A stretch of 64,000 nt of DNA from Octopus sinensis (Eukaryota). Numbering within the stretch: the stretch's first letter is position 1; each line of letters opens with the position of its first letter. Shown piece by piece: positions 24,985-36,500 of the stretch. Under the pieces are notes generated by a model, which did no database searches, was not told the DNA's origin, and worked only from the letters and a program-made list of their open reading frames with translations. A program made the position numbers and the translations under genes. The stretch covers positions 107,198,001-107,262,000 of the forward strand of contig NC_042997.1 of NCBI RefSeq assembly GCF_006345805.1, given 5' to 3'.

Positions 24985-25145
24985 CATGGCTGTATGATAG
25001 TGTAGCTTTGCTTCCAAGCTATGTGGCTGTGGCCTTGGGTTCAGTCCCACTGTGTGACACCTTGGGCAAGTATCTTCTACTATAGGACAAATCAAAGCCT
25101 TTTGAGTGGTTTTCATAGACAGAAACTAAAAGAAGCCCATTATGT
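24985..25145 (+). mobile_element. tRNA-derived SINE head module (other copies about 14043-14175 +, 16130-16270 -, 19840-19970 +, 48270-48372 -)
   Basis: GGCATGGCTGTATG (A-box-like), GGTTCAGTCCC (B-box-like), then CCTTGGGCAAGT..CAAAGCCTT..GAAACTAAAAGAAGCCC. Confidence 0.85.
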
Positions 25146-25379
25146 ATGTATATATGTGCATGTGTGTGGATCTTTTCTGTTAGGCTCACACTTTTCAATT
25201 CCTTTAATTTTGTTCCAGTTGATTTCAAATTTGGTATATTGATGTAGCTTTGTATGCTAATTATGGAAATTCATTTTTGCCATAAATTAATAATCAAAAA
25301 GTTAGCAGCTTTTAAACTCTGCAAATTTTGGGAAATTTTACCCAATTGAAATCCACATACACATTGGTGTCTGTTTCCA

Positions 25380-25740
25380 TAGTAACAAGCAAAGGTATAG
25401 TCTGCTTGCCACTGCACAGCTCTTGATTACAACAGCTATATTGATGGAATATGTATGGAGGATCTTTTCTGCAACCCATTCAGATTGGTGGTCTTGAGAT
25501 AGATAAAACACTCTTCTCAAGATGTAAATACAACTGAGGAAGGGTGCTAACTGTGCAATGGGTTTTTGGAAGACTGTGCCTACACCTTCATGTTTTCTTT
25601 ATGTGGCGCCATGTTGAATCACAACAGACTGTAGGAATGCGTATGTCAGTTGATTCTTTCAGGAACACGCGGTGAGTGGAAAGTGCATGAGCATGTGTAA
25701 AACAAATAAACAATGCTGTGGCACCCACTATTATATGGTT
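25380..25740 (+). mobile_element. Merlin (ISXO2/IS1595-like) transposase relic, internally deleted
   Basis: QIGGLEIDKTLFSRCKYN*GRVLTVQWVFGRLC at 25481-25579 (cf. IGG..VEIDES.F.RRKYNRGR..QWVFGG), upstream DYNSYIDGIC..LFCNP, and downstream FMWR at 25598-25609. Confidence 0.8.
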
Positions 25741-25777
25741 GACTTACATCTCTGCAGGTTTATGTGATGCAGGAGAT

Positions 25778-26490
25778 ACATCATCATCATCATCATTTAA
25801 CATCCACTTTCCATGCTGGTATGGCTTTGATGGTTTGACTGGATTGGCAAGCCAGAGAGCTGTACCAGGATCCAGTCTGACTTTGGCTTGGTTTCTACAG
25901 CTGGATACCCTTCCTAATGCCAACTGCTCCAAGAGTATAGTGGGTGTTTTTTGTGTGTCACCAGCACTGGTGATTTTACATGTCATCAGCATGGGTGCTT
26001 CTATGTGACACCAGCACCAGCCACAACTACAATTTCACTTGGCTTGACAAATCTTTTCAAGCACAGCAGATCACCAAAAGTCATGATCACTTCTCATCAC
26101 TTCTGTGAGACCCCACACTTGAGGATCATGCTTCACTACAGTTCCCTCTATAGTTAGAGATAGGCACTTCTTTACACAGCTGTCCTTATCCATACCATGA
26201 CCATACCAATGCACACATCTCTTTCGCACACCACATTTGATGCCTCTTATACCCAACTTTACTCTCAAGATGCTTACACCCTGTTGTACATGCACACTGA
26301 CATTACCCATCCAGTGGAGTATACTAGAATCATTTCTTTCAAGCCTTTGCATGTCCTCTGCCATGTAACACAGGCATCATACAATCAGCCCTTCACTCTG
26401 TGAGAAAGGCCTTTTGTTGCCAATAAAGGTAGAAGCTTTCTGAACTTTACCCAGCCTATTCTTATTCTTACAGCTATGCTCTCAGAGCAT
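25778..26490 (-). mobile_element. RTE 3' fragment with tail
   Basis: (CAT)n tail, 3' UTR, VHWYGHGMDKDSCVKKC remnant. Confidence 0.88.
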
Positions 26491-26879
26491 AAAAAATTCA
26501 AATTTGTTTGACAAACTCCTTGAGTGCATCGCAAACTTTCATTTTTGAATTTTAACTATAAACAAAATATGTATTGTTTACATGAACTGAACTACAGTTT
26601 TTTTCCTTTTTTTTTGTACTTTTCTCAAAACTTATTTCATTGAAGATTTTTTTCTTTTGTTTACATACCTTGCAAAAAAAAAAAAAATTCATTTAGTCCC
26701 CTAAAAAGTAGAAATTATCTACTACCTCTAATGAGCCTCAGGGGCATTTAAGAAACTCAATTTCCTTAATGGCTGTAGTTTTTATGGCTGCTGTGTATCT
26801 TCCACATACAGACTCGTCTTTGATAACCTTATTATTCCACTGCACCTTGTGTCTATAATTTACACTGGGTACACCATAT

Positions 26880-27930
26880 GAAATTCATGCCTACACCTTT
26901 CCTCCAAATCCAGCAGGGCCACTTAACTGATGGGTTAGAGTCCTGTCTGTTTTCTTGCTTACTAAGACTTTAGTCTCTGCTAAGTTAACTTTAAGGCCCT
27001 TAGATTCCATGTTAGCTTCCACAACTGGAATTTCTTTTCTAGTTCTGATATAGAATCTGCTATGAGGGCAAGATAGCATATAGTAGTTCCCAAGGGTTGT
27101 CAGTCTTGAATTCCTCTGTTATGGCCTGGAGGACAATGGCCTTGCATAATAACTCTTCCATATATCTTTCTTGTTCTCATCACTAAGTGCAAGCATACTA
27201 TTATCCATCCATGCACGCTTCTCTTCTACAATATCTCAATTCTCTATGTCTAGCAGTCTGAAACACCTCAAGTCTCTGATCTTCACACTATAGGACATTG
27301 GCAAGCCTCTTCTTTTTTTGCTTCTGCTCTAGCTAAATAAACCTGGCATCTAGCTTCCCTTTTAGCTTTCTGATATGATTTTTTGCTACCCACTCTTTTC
27401 CATTCTTTCCAGACCCATCTCTTTTATGGCCCTGTCAGTGTCACTGTTCCACCACTATGTCACCCTTGATCTGGTAGAGGCTTTGCTCCAACCACAGATT
27501 TGGTCTTTTGTCCTTTGTAGATTGTCCTGTAGGAACTTACAGTTCTCCTCTGTCATACATCTCTATTTCTTACCCCTTATCAAAGGTTTCATTAAGAACA
27601 TCTCTAAATTTCTGCCTGTTTGAAGGATACTTCAGCTCCCATAACCTCTTTTCCATATTAATTTGCATTTTTAAATCCTTCTGATCCTAAGCCTGAAGTT
27701 ATTAACCACTATCCTCTGTTGAGTTGTTCATTCTTCACCTGGAAAGATTTTGCATTTACATGTATACACCTGTCCCTGTGTCTGAGGATGTTGTTAATCT
27801 AGCTAGTACGTCCACCAGATTGATAAGTGATCAGATGGTTGGCAGATTTCCTGAAGTTGATGTTGCAGACCAGTAAGCCATGAGCATCACAAAACTCCAG
27901 CAGCTTTGTTCCCCGCTATCTACATACACA
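26880..27930 (-). mobile_element. Old RTE fragment (APE and RT pieces, with deletions)
   Basis: LLEFCDAHGLLVCN-like APE motif near 27900; ESKGLKVNLAETKVLVS near 27000. Confidence 0.75.
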
Positions 27931-28879
27931 CACACACACATGTAGAGTCTGTCTTCTGCTTACTTGGTGTTTGTGTGTAGATCAGATAATCAGTTTCCCA
28001 TAGATAAAAATAGAATTAATCTCTATTCCAGTATTGAGTACTCTTTCTTCAGACTAAATGGATCTGGCTGACAGAAAGTGAAAGGAACTTGTCCTTGTCT
28101 TGTCATCACGTGATATGTGTAAAAGAGCGTCACCGTCATATAAGCGATGCTATTCGTTTTCAGTCTTTCGTTATATACGTCCGACCTTGGGGAAATATTA
28201 CCGTGTTAGGTAATGTTATCAGTATGTAGGCTATCCAGCCACTTATTGTGCCTCAACGAGTTCCGTCTGATCCATGAAGCCTGGAAAGTGGTCGCTAAAA
28301 CGATGGTGGTTGTGGAGTGTGTGTGTATGTGTGGCGTGAATGAGAGAATGTGTCACACTGATTTCACCTGAGAATTACGTTTCATGGGACAATTGTCTCA
28401 GCCACTTGAAGTCCAATTTAGTCTGCAGGTAGTTCAGATGATCGCACCACTGCCCGTTGCCAAAAAAAAAAAAAAAAAAAGACTCCACAGATCTGTTAAT
28501 GTAGATATATACACATATGTATCTATGTGTATGTATGTGTTTAAAGAGGGGGATAGTTGGGAATTTAGTGCACTAAAAAGCGTAATTTCTTTGTTTCATT
28601 ATGTTAAAGTGTGTATGTATGTGATTTTAAAGTTTGCTTGGCATGAATTTATTTGCAGACTCTTTCGAAATACAACAATATTTTTCTATTCATTTACTCG
28701 TCTCTCTCGGCTTATATATATACAAATCTAGTCAGCCTATATGTATGTACACACAAACACACACGTGTGTATGCGTGTGCACAATATATCTGCAATCAAC
28801 AAGGAACATGAAAAACAACTCTCTCTCTCTCTCTGACTTTTCAAAATTATTCATATCTTGTTGAAATTGATAAGTTTTC

Positions 28880-29372
28880 TTTGAATTTCCGAAACTTTCT
28901 AAGTAAACTACTCGCGCGACGTATAATATTGAAATAGAAACCGGATTAAATGCCTGTTTTTGTGGTATCGTGTATCAGTTTTTAAGAAGTAACCTTTTCT
29001 TTGGTTTCTGATTATTAGAGATCTGACAATAAATTTGTTTTAATACCATATGGAAAGTCTGGTGAGTATAGGTTACATTGACATGACCAGTAAAATTCTT
29101 TCGTAGGTTTTTCCTTCCTATTTATTTTTATCCTCTCTAGACTATCGTCGCTGCTTCCGAAACTATTAGAAAGCGGGGAAGATTCGAGTCCTCCTTTTCT
29201 TCTGGTAGAATTCCATTGATTATCTCCCCTTCGATGCAGGTGCTCTCCAGCGTTGTACTTGACCTTGGTAAGTTATGATGGCGAGCTGCTGCTTCTGTAT
29301 TGGCGACTGATTTGGGATATCCCGACTGATTCGGAAAGAAACGTCTTACAACCACCTCACAATCTTAAGAAA
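28880..29372 (+). promoter_or_regulatory. Candidate Raf promoter / 5' UTR region
   Basis: Locally CpG-richer than the CpG-poor surroundings, contains the TCGCGCGA palindrome (about 28912-28919), is free of recognisable repeats and lies directly upstream of the probable ATG. The TSS is not determinable. Confidence 0.45.
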
Positions 29373-29393
29373 ATGACAACTACTGACAATCAA
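29373..29393 (+). CDS. Raf: Probable first coding exon of Raf (MTTTDNQ)
   Basis: AAAATGA start context; phase-0 donor CAA|GTATTT fits the phase-0 acceptor at 30776; lies in the CpG-richer zone. The donor is only moderate and the peptide is too short to confirm by homology. Confidence 0.5.
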
Positions 29394-30456
29394 GTATTTA
29401 TTTATTTGAAAGCTTTGTGTATTTTCCCCTCTTTCATTTTAGTATTCAATCAGTGTCTGCGTTAATGTATGTTTTCATATGATGTATGTCCAAACGCGCT
29501 GTGTAAGTATGGGGGTGTTCTCGTATATACGTTGGTGTAGCTAGGCATGGTCTGGATGTAACTTATTGATACCTTTAGTTATTCACATGTTGATAGAATC
29601 ACCTACATTCTCCTCTAATTTTTAGCTTTCTGCTTTCTTTCCCCATTTTCGTTAAGATTTAACAAAATATAGTCATGAGGTAAATATCCGCTTCTTAGTG
29701 GAAATGCTATGTTTATGTAAAGCTAATTTTATGTCATTGTAAAAAAATAAAATAAAGACAAAGAAAATATAAATTTAAATGTTTGATGCCTATTAGACAT
29801 ATTTTATCCTTCAGGCAATATTTTTTCTCTATAAACCACAATCTTTCAGTTGCATCACTTGGAGTTATCTTATATTTGCAAAGTTATTGGAAAATCCTAC
29901 GTAGTGTTGCCTCCCTCCCCATTTGGCAACTAGTAGTCGTATTGATTGTGCTGTCGTATAACTTAGATAAAAGAAAAGCACATCAAATTAAGTCCTTGAT
30001 AGCAAATATCGTGATTGTCACGTTAAAAATTTTAAAGGTAAAATAAAAAGAAATAGAGCTTTGGTGACGTGAAAACATTTGGAATAAAGAATGAAACAGA
30101 AAAAAAAAACGATTTGTTGACTGTTTTAGTCTATTTTCATCAATGTAAGCTACATTTCGAATTCACTTTTATTGTTACCGTTGATCAATGATGGAAATAG
30201 ATTTTTAGTTCTAACATATTCAGTAAGGATTTTTCTATATTAACTAATTAAAAGGCTTCCAGTTTTGATTGCTTTATTAGTATAAGCTTAAAATAAATAA
30301 AAAAAAAACAATTTTCACAGATTTAGCTGTTTGTTTCTGAAACTTTCACTACCTGTTAATATATTTAAAATTTTAGTTTACGTTTTTTGTTTGAGGTTTT
30401 TTTAGTATCGGTTCAAAGTATTTACTAAATTACACAGATAGTATTTTATCCTTTTT

Positions 30457-30524
<68 letters not shown>

Positions 30525-33500
30525 AGTCGTTACACCAATTTGTTTCGACACAAGTTCACATAAAGAATCTTGCAAACGAAACACAAAAACGAAGTTAATA
30601 TTTCTTTTCCTAATTTGTGAATGCTTACCTCTGATATTTCCAGATTTATTTTATAAAGCAACAACGAGCGAAAATTATGGGATCAGCTAATGACCGATAT
30701 TTGAAATTTGGTAAAATAAATCCTGATTTCTCTGAATGAAATTTGAAAAGTATATATATATTTTTTTTTTTTTAGTTGAAAAACATTCGAAATGTCATTC
30801 GATTAACCAAAGAAAAACTTGAAGATATGAACAAAGAATTTGGTAAACACCAGCATCCACATCCATTATATATTCAGGTTTGTAATGTTACTTTTTGTTC
30901 CTCCTTCATATGAAAATGTACTGTCTTTTCTTTTGCTTTTGTGCTTTTGTCATGTTTTTCTGTATAAGTTAATCAAAAAAGTGTGCATTACCTTTGTCGG
31001 CCCTCTCGGCAGGTGATATTGGTGTGGTTAATCCTTGGTTATGTCTCCAGGGAATTCCAAAAGTGGGAATGGTTGGGAAAGTGTTTAATGTAGGATATGG
31101 AGACTCAGCAGAGATGAAGATGAGAGATAAATGTGTCAGGAAACTTTGAATGAAGGAAAGAAACAAAGGTTATTGTAATATCAGTTAAAAGGTAGGCAGA
31201 AGAAACAGTTTGTCTAATACGTTACAGGGTGCATCATAAAGTGTTCCTGATTGCTTTTTAGTCATAATTTTTAGTAAGGGGCATAGAAATGCACAAGTTC
31301 TTTAGGATTTAATTAAATATGGTCATGTAGCATATTAAGATGTGTCTCATTCACTATGTCTGCCATTACCCTTGACAATCGCCCAAAGATGGCCAAGAAC
31401 TGAGTCACACGAATGCTGGATGGTTTCTTCACTTAAACAATCCCGTGACGCAACTAAGGCTTTCTTCATGGCAGTGATATTTTTATAGGAAACTCTTGAA
31501 ACATCACTTTCTAGAATGGACCAAATAGCGAGGTCCATACGGCTGATGTCTGGGCTGCAGGGTTGGGGCCACACATTCTTGTCCCAGAACCTGCTGAAAT
31601 GGCTCTGCATCATTGCTGTGTCACATTAGACGTATGAAAAGGAGCAGCGTCTTGCATGAACATGTAATAATCTCCAAATGCTTTGGTCAACCATGTCAAA
31701 ACATTATCTCCCAATATTTTCGTGTAAATTGCTGAATTGACCTTCATCCCCTCTTTAACGTGCACCAGAGGAGATTTTCCACCATCGGATGGCTCTGATA
31801 CCCAAACCATCATTCTAGCAGGTTTAATTCAGCAAAACACCTTATGGGTGCCTTTGAGAACAACATCCGACCTCAGTTTTCGCTACAGCCTCCACAGTGA
31901 ATAAATTTTCATCCAATCAGATGAAGACATTGTCACCGGCACTCTGAACCTCCTCTGTCATTTTCTTGTACCTGTCCAGTCGCTGGACAACATCCACCAT
32001 TTATTTCGTCCTTATAGGTAATTTTCAACCAGGAATGGGCTTGCTGTTGATTGAAACTGTCTTTCTAGCATTTCATGATATTATAGACTGTTTAAGATCA
32101 ACACCAACCCTTGAAGCCACATCTTTGGTGCTATGTCCTGCTTTTTTGAGAGCTACAATCTCACATCGCCTGTTAGCTGCCATATTGAAATGTTCTACTT
32201 GCTGAATCTAAACAAACAGTGGAGTGTACATGAACTATTGAATGTTGAGGAGTCATTTTAATTATTTTTGTGCCATTTCAAACTAAATTCAATAAAATAA
32301 ACCTCGTCAGCTTATAATGTCTGTTTCAGTTTAACCTAGATTTGTTTTTCCAAGTGAGGATAGGTTGAACAAGATTTCTTAGGGCAGTATTCTATGATCA
32401 GACGCACTTCTAAAGGCCAACCCTTTTTTCTCCCAAGCAAGCTACTTTATTCCATGTCTGTATGTTGAACCACTGTCAAACATTTTTATTGCGGACAGGA
32501 TTACAAACACACTCTCTCTCTCTCTTTCTCTCACACACACACACACACACACAAATATTGAACACTCAAAGTTAACAGAACATCAGGTAAAGGAAAGTCC
32601 AGGGAGACATGGGTAAAGTGTTGAAAATTGATCTCCAGATGCTGAGCCACACAAAAGAGATCACAATGGACTGTGGTAATTAGTAACAGAGAAAACCAAA
32701 GTCTTAGTAAGTAAGAAATCAGTCAAATTACAGATACCCTCAGGTAGATGGCCCTGCTCAATCAGTAGGAAAGGCTTAGGTAGAAATTCCTTAAGATGTA
32801 CCCAGTACAAGCTATGGACACATAAGAGGTGCAACAATATCAGAGGAAGGTTAACTGGGAAAATAATTTTTGTGTGTGAAAGGTGCACGGGTACAATAAA
32901 CAATAAATTTGTATAGAAAACAGACTCCATCAAATGCCATGGGGCTAAGCTAGAGGTAGTTGATAGAATTCGTTATCTAGATGGTGAAGTCAGTAGTGGC
33001 AGTGGATGCTCCTTGAGTGTGGCTGCAAGAATAAAAATAAGCTGGGCAAAGTTCAGAGAGCTCCTACTTCTGTTGGCAACAAAGGGCCTCTCCCTCTGAG
33101 TGAAAGGCAGACTGTATGATGCTTGTGTGCAAACAGCTATGCTGCTTGGCAGTGAAACATGAGCTGTTACCACTGAGGACATGTGTAGGCTTGAAAGAAA
33201 TTAAGCTAGCATGCTTCACTGGATATGCAATGTCTGTGCATGTACAATAGAGTTTAAGCATCTTGAGAGAAAAGTTGGGCATAAGAGGCATCAGCTATGG
33301 TGTACAAGAGAGACAACTATGCTGGTATGGTCATGTGATGCATATGGACGAGGACAGCTGTGTAAAGAAGTGCTGGTCTCTAACTGTGGAGGGAATGAGG
33401 AAGACATGAGACAAAGTGGTGAAGCATGATTTTCAAACATTGGGTCTCACGGAGGCAATGACTATTGACCAAAACCTTTGGCGGTGCTATGCTTGAAAAC

Positions 33501-36500
33501 ACCCATTAAGCTAAGTGAAATCATAGTTGTGGCCAATGCCAGTATCATGTAACTGGCACATAAAAAAGCACCTTTTGAGCATTGGGCCTCACAGGGGCAA
33601 TGTGGCCGATGCTAGTGTCATGTAAGTAGCACCCATAGAAATGTCACATAGCTAGCAGCTGTGCCAGTGTTGCATAATAATTATATGCATGTAAATCCTA
33701 TTTAGTCTACTCATTAATAGGAGAGGAAATGATGTTGATTAATTTGGTGGGGGTGATGACTTGAGTGTGTCAGTTTTAGAACTACTGGACTAAACATCAA
33801 TAGTAAATGGTAAAATTAATTAATTGATGCTTGATTATTGTCAAAATTAATTGGAGTTGGCATTTCATTTCATTAATATGATATGAACAGGGGTATGTTA
33901 AATATCAAACTTCCATGATCACAAAGAAAAACTACTATTCATTTCATGAAAATATTTTTTGTGCACAATCCTAGATTACATCCATAAAGTACCACCCCTG
34001 CCTCTGCCCTACTGCAAACTCTTAACACTGCTTCTAACATTACTATTATAGTGGCCCCTGCTCCTCACACCTGACTTGTCTTTATATTAGAGCATAAGAG
34101 AAATTCTGAAATTACCCTATAAGCATTTACTTCAGTTTATTTCTTGGTTCAACTAGTGGTAAACCCTGAGATGATAAATCCAAGAAGAAGGTGGCACTAG
34201 TAAATCCAAACGCCATCATGATATCATCATCATTTAATGTCCATTCTCCATACTGGTATGGATTGGACAGTTTGACAGGAGTTGGTCGGCTGGAGAGCTA
34301 CCCGGGCTCCATATGTCTGTTTTGGCTTGGTTTCTACAGCTGGATACTCTTCCTAGTGCCAACCACTTACAGAGTGTACTGGGTGCTTTTACATGCCATC
34401 AGCACAGGCATTTTAGGGGTCTGCACATACAAACACATTAATAGAGAGCCATGGGCCTTGTAAGTAAAAACATGCCCAAATATCAGTAATGTGGGCAGTG
34501 TCACTGATTAGCAAGACCTACTTGAGGCTGTGAACACCTTCCAATACTCTTTTTATACTTCATCTGTTAACAATGCATGGAAGGAATTGATTATTGTTTT
34601 CTAAAATGTTATACAAATGAATCCCCAAACCCTTACTTTGTTCTCATAATGACAGTGATTTTTAACTTTAACAGTTAGATTTAATTTTTTACTCTGACCA
34701 TGTTGTGTTCTCATTATCCATTCAGGTTTTTCCTGTCATATGGAGATGCTGTTACACCACACTGTGTTAGTTTGGAATATTTTTTGTTACAGAGTAGCTG
34801 AGAAGAAAGGAGCACAAATGTTACCAGATCTATTTGATCGTGTGAGTTCAGATGTTGAGGAAGCCAGGGATGTCTGTGTTGGAAATGGGCTTTGACAGTT
34901 TTGTATGTGTTGGTGTGAAAATTCAAAAGCAACTTTGTTAGTTTGTTGTTTTTGAATATTAAATGGCACAATTTTTCCTTCTACAAATTTATTTTTTTCA
35001 ACTTCCGTATCACTCACTTAAGTTGTAATTTAGTGTTAGTTACAGTTGAAGAAAAGATGGGGGTTTTGTTAGCTAAAACTGTCGCACATAATACTTTGAG
35101 TTGATGGATATGGATGAAGATGAACAACAGATATTTGTAATCAAGGAAGCAGTATGGAAGATTTCTGATATAACAGCAAATGTGTTGGAACATTGGTATA
35201 CAAGATAGAAAATTGCTTGTAATTATTGGGGGCTTTTAACAAGGTTTAGTTTCAATATTGTCTTACACTAAATCAACTCATATACAAGTAAAAACCAACT
35301 ATTTTGATTGGTTCACAAACAGCTTGAAATCAGGTTTTTCCACCTCAACCTTGTATAAGGAAGCAATCAAATTGCTTTTTGATTTCATGGATGAGTTTTT
35401 CCTGACCCAGCTTGTTCATGAACCAACAAGGTGTCACAAAAACACCTGGAACCTAGTGTTCAGTTACCACACTGACACTATCCTCAATATTGCAGTGGGA
35501 AAAACTCCACTACTCTCAGACCATGATATGGTTCTCTGCAATCTGAGATTCTACCACCCAAAGATCAAATCCAGTGACTTCTCTCCAGCTCATCCATTTG
35601 ACATTATGCATCTTCATAATGCAGATGGGGATGCGATCAATCGTGATCTTTCACAAGTTGATTGGGTCTTCACGCACGCACACACACCCTTAAGCATAAA
35701 CACATCATGGTAGACATTTGTAGATACTGTGACAAATATATACACAAAACATACTCCATTAAGATCAGTATACAAATCTAAGTGCAGAATCCCTAGAAAT
35801 AGAAGCGCAATTGTCAGAAAAATAAAAAGAATTAACAAGAAAATCAACCAACTTAAATACTGCCAGCAGTAATGCACCCATTCGACTGCCATTGCATCTC
35901 TTGAATCGAAAAAACATGACCTCCAAAAACGCATGATGACCATCATTAACAGTCAAAGAGCAGCTGAAGAGAGTTGGGCCATTGAGAAAATAAAACTCAA
36001 TCTCAAAATGTTCTTTTCATTTGCAAAAAAACATAAAGATGCTGTTTCCACTGTTGGTCCTCTGGTTGATGAGAACAACACTCTACATGATGGTGCAAGA
36101 TACTGCAGAGACAACACTGCTCTGTCTTCACTAACGCTAATGCGGTTGATCTGGCTAGTATCAGTGTAGTAAACCCTCTACTAACCATATCTGACATAAC
36201 TTTTGGTGCTCCTGATATCCTAACAGAAATAGATAAGATCAAGCACAACTTGGCAGAAGATCCCGATAAATTCCAGTAAGCTCTGGGGAAACTCACTTGA
36301 TGCCAGCTACATTCCTGATCATATTCTTTCCCAATCTATCATTCCAGTCTTCAGAAAGGGAAACAAATGTGTGCAGTGAACTCTTGTCTGATTTTACTCC
36401 TCATATCATTAAAGTATTTGTGAGGGTGGTGAGATCGCGAATAACCCACTTCCTCGAAGACAACAATCTGCTGAACCCCAACCAGCATGGTTTCCATCAT

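Noticed and set aside
24985-25060. tRNA genes at SINE heads
   Set aside because: Only degenerate A/B-box-like motifs, no complete cloverleaf, and always followed by SINE body.
29137-29355. 72-aa minus-strand ORF as a divergent gene
   Set aside because: No recognisable homology or convincing splice donor; it overlaps the Raf leader region.
30969-31190. RNase H of an I/Nimb-type LINE
   Set aside because: Only a faint motif resemblance (FGIP..N..AD); too degenerate to call.
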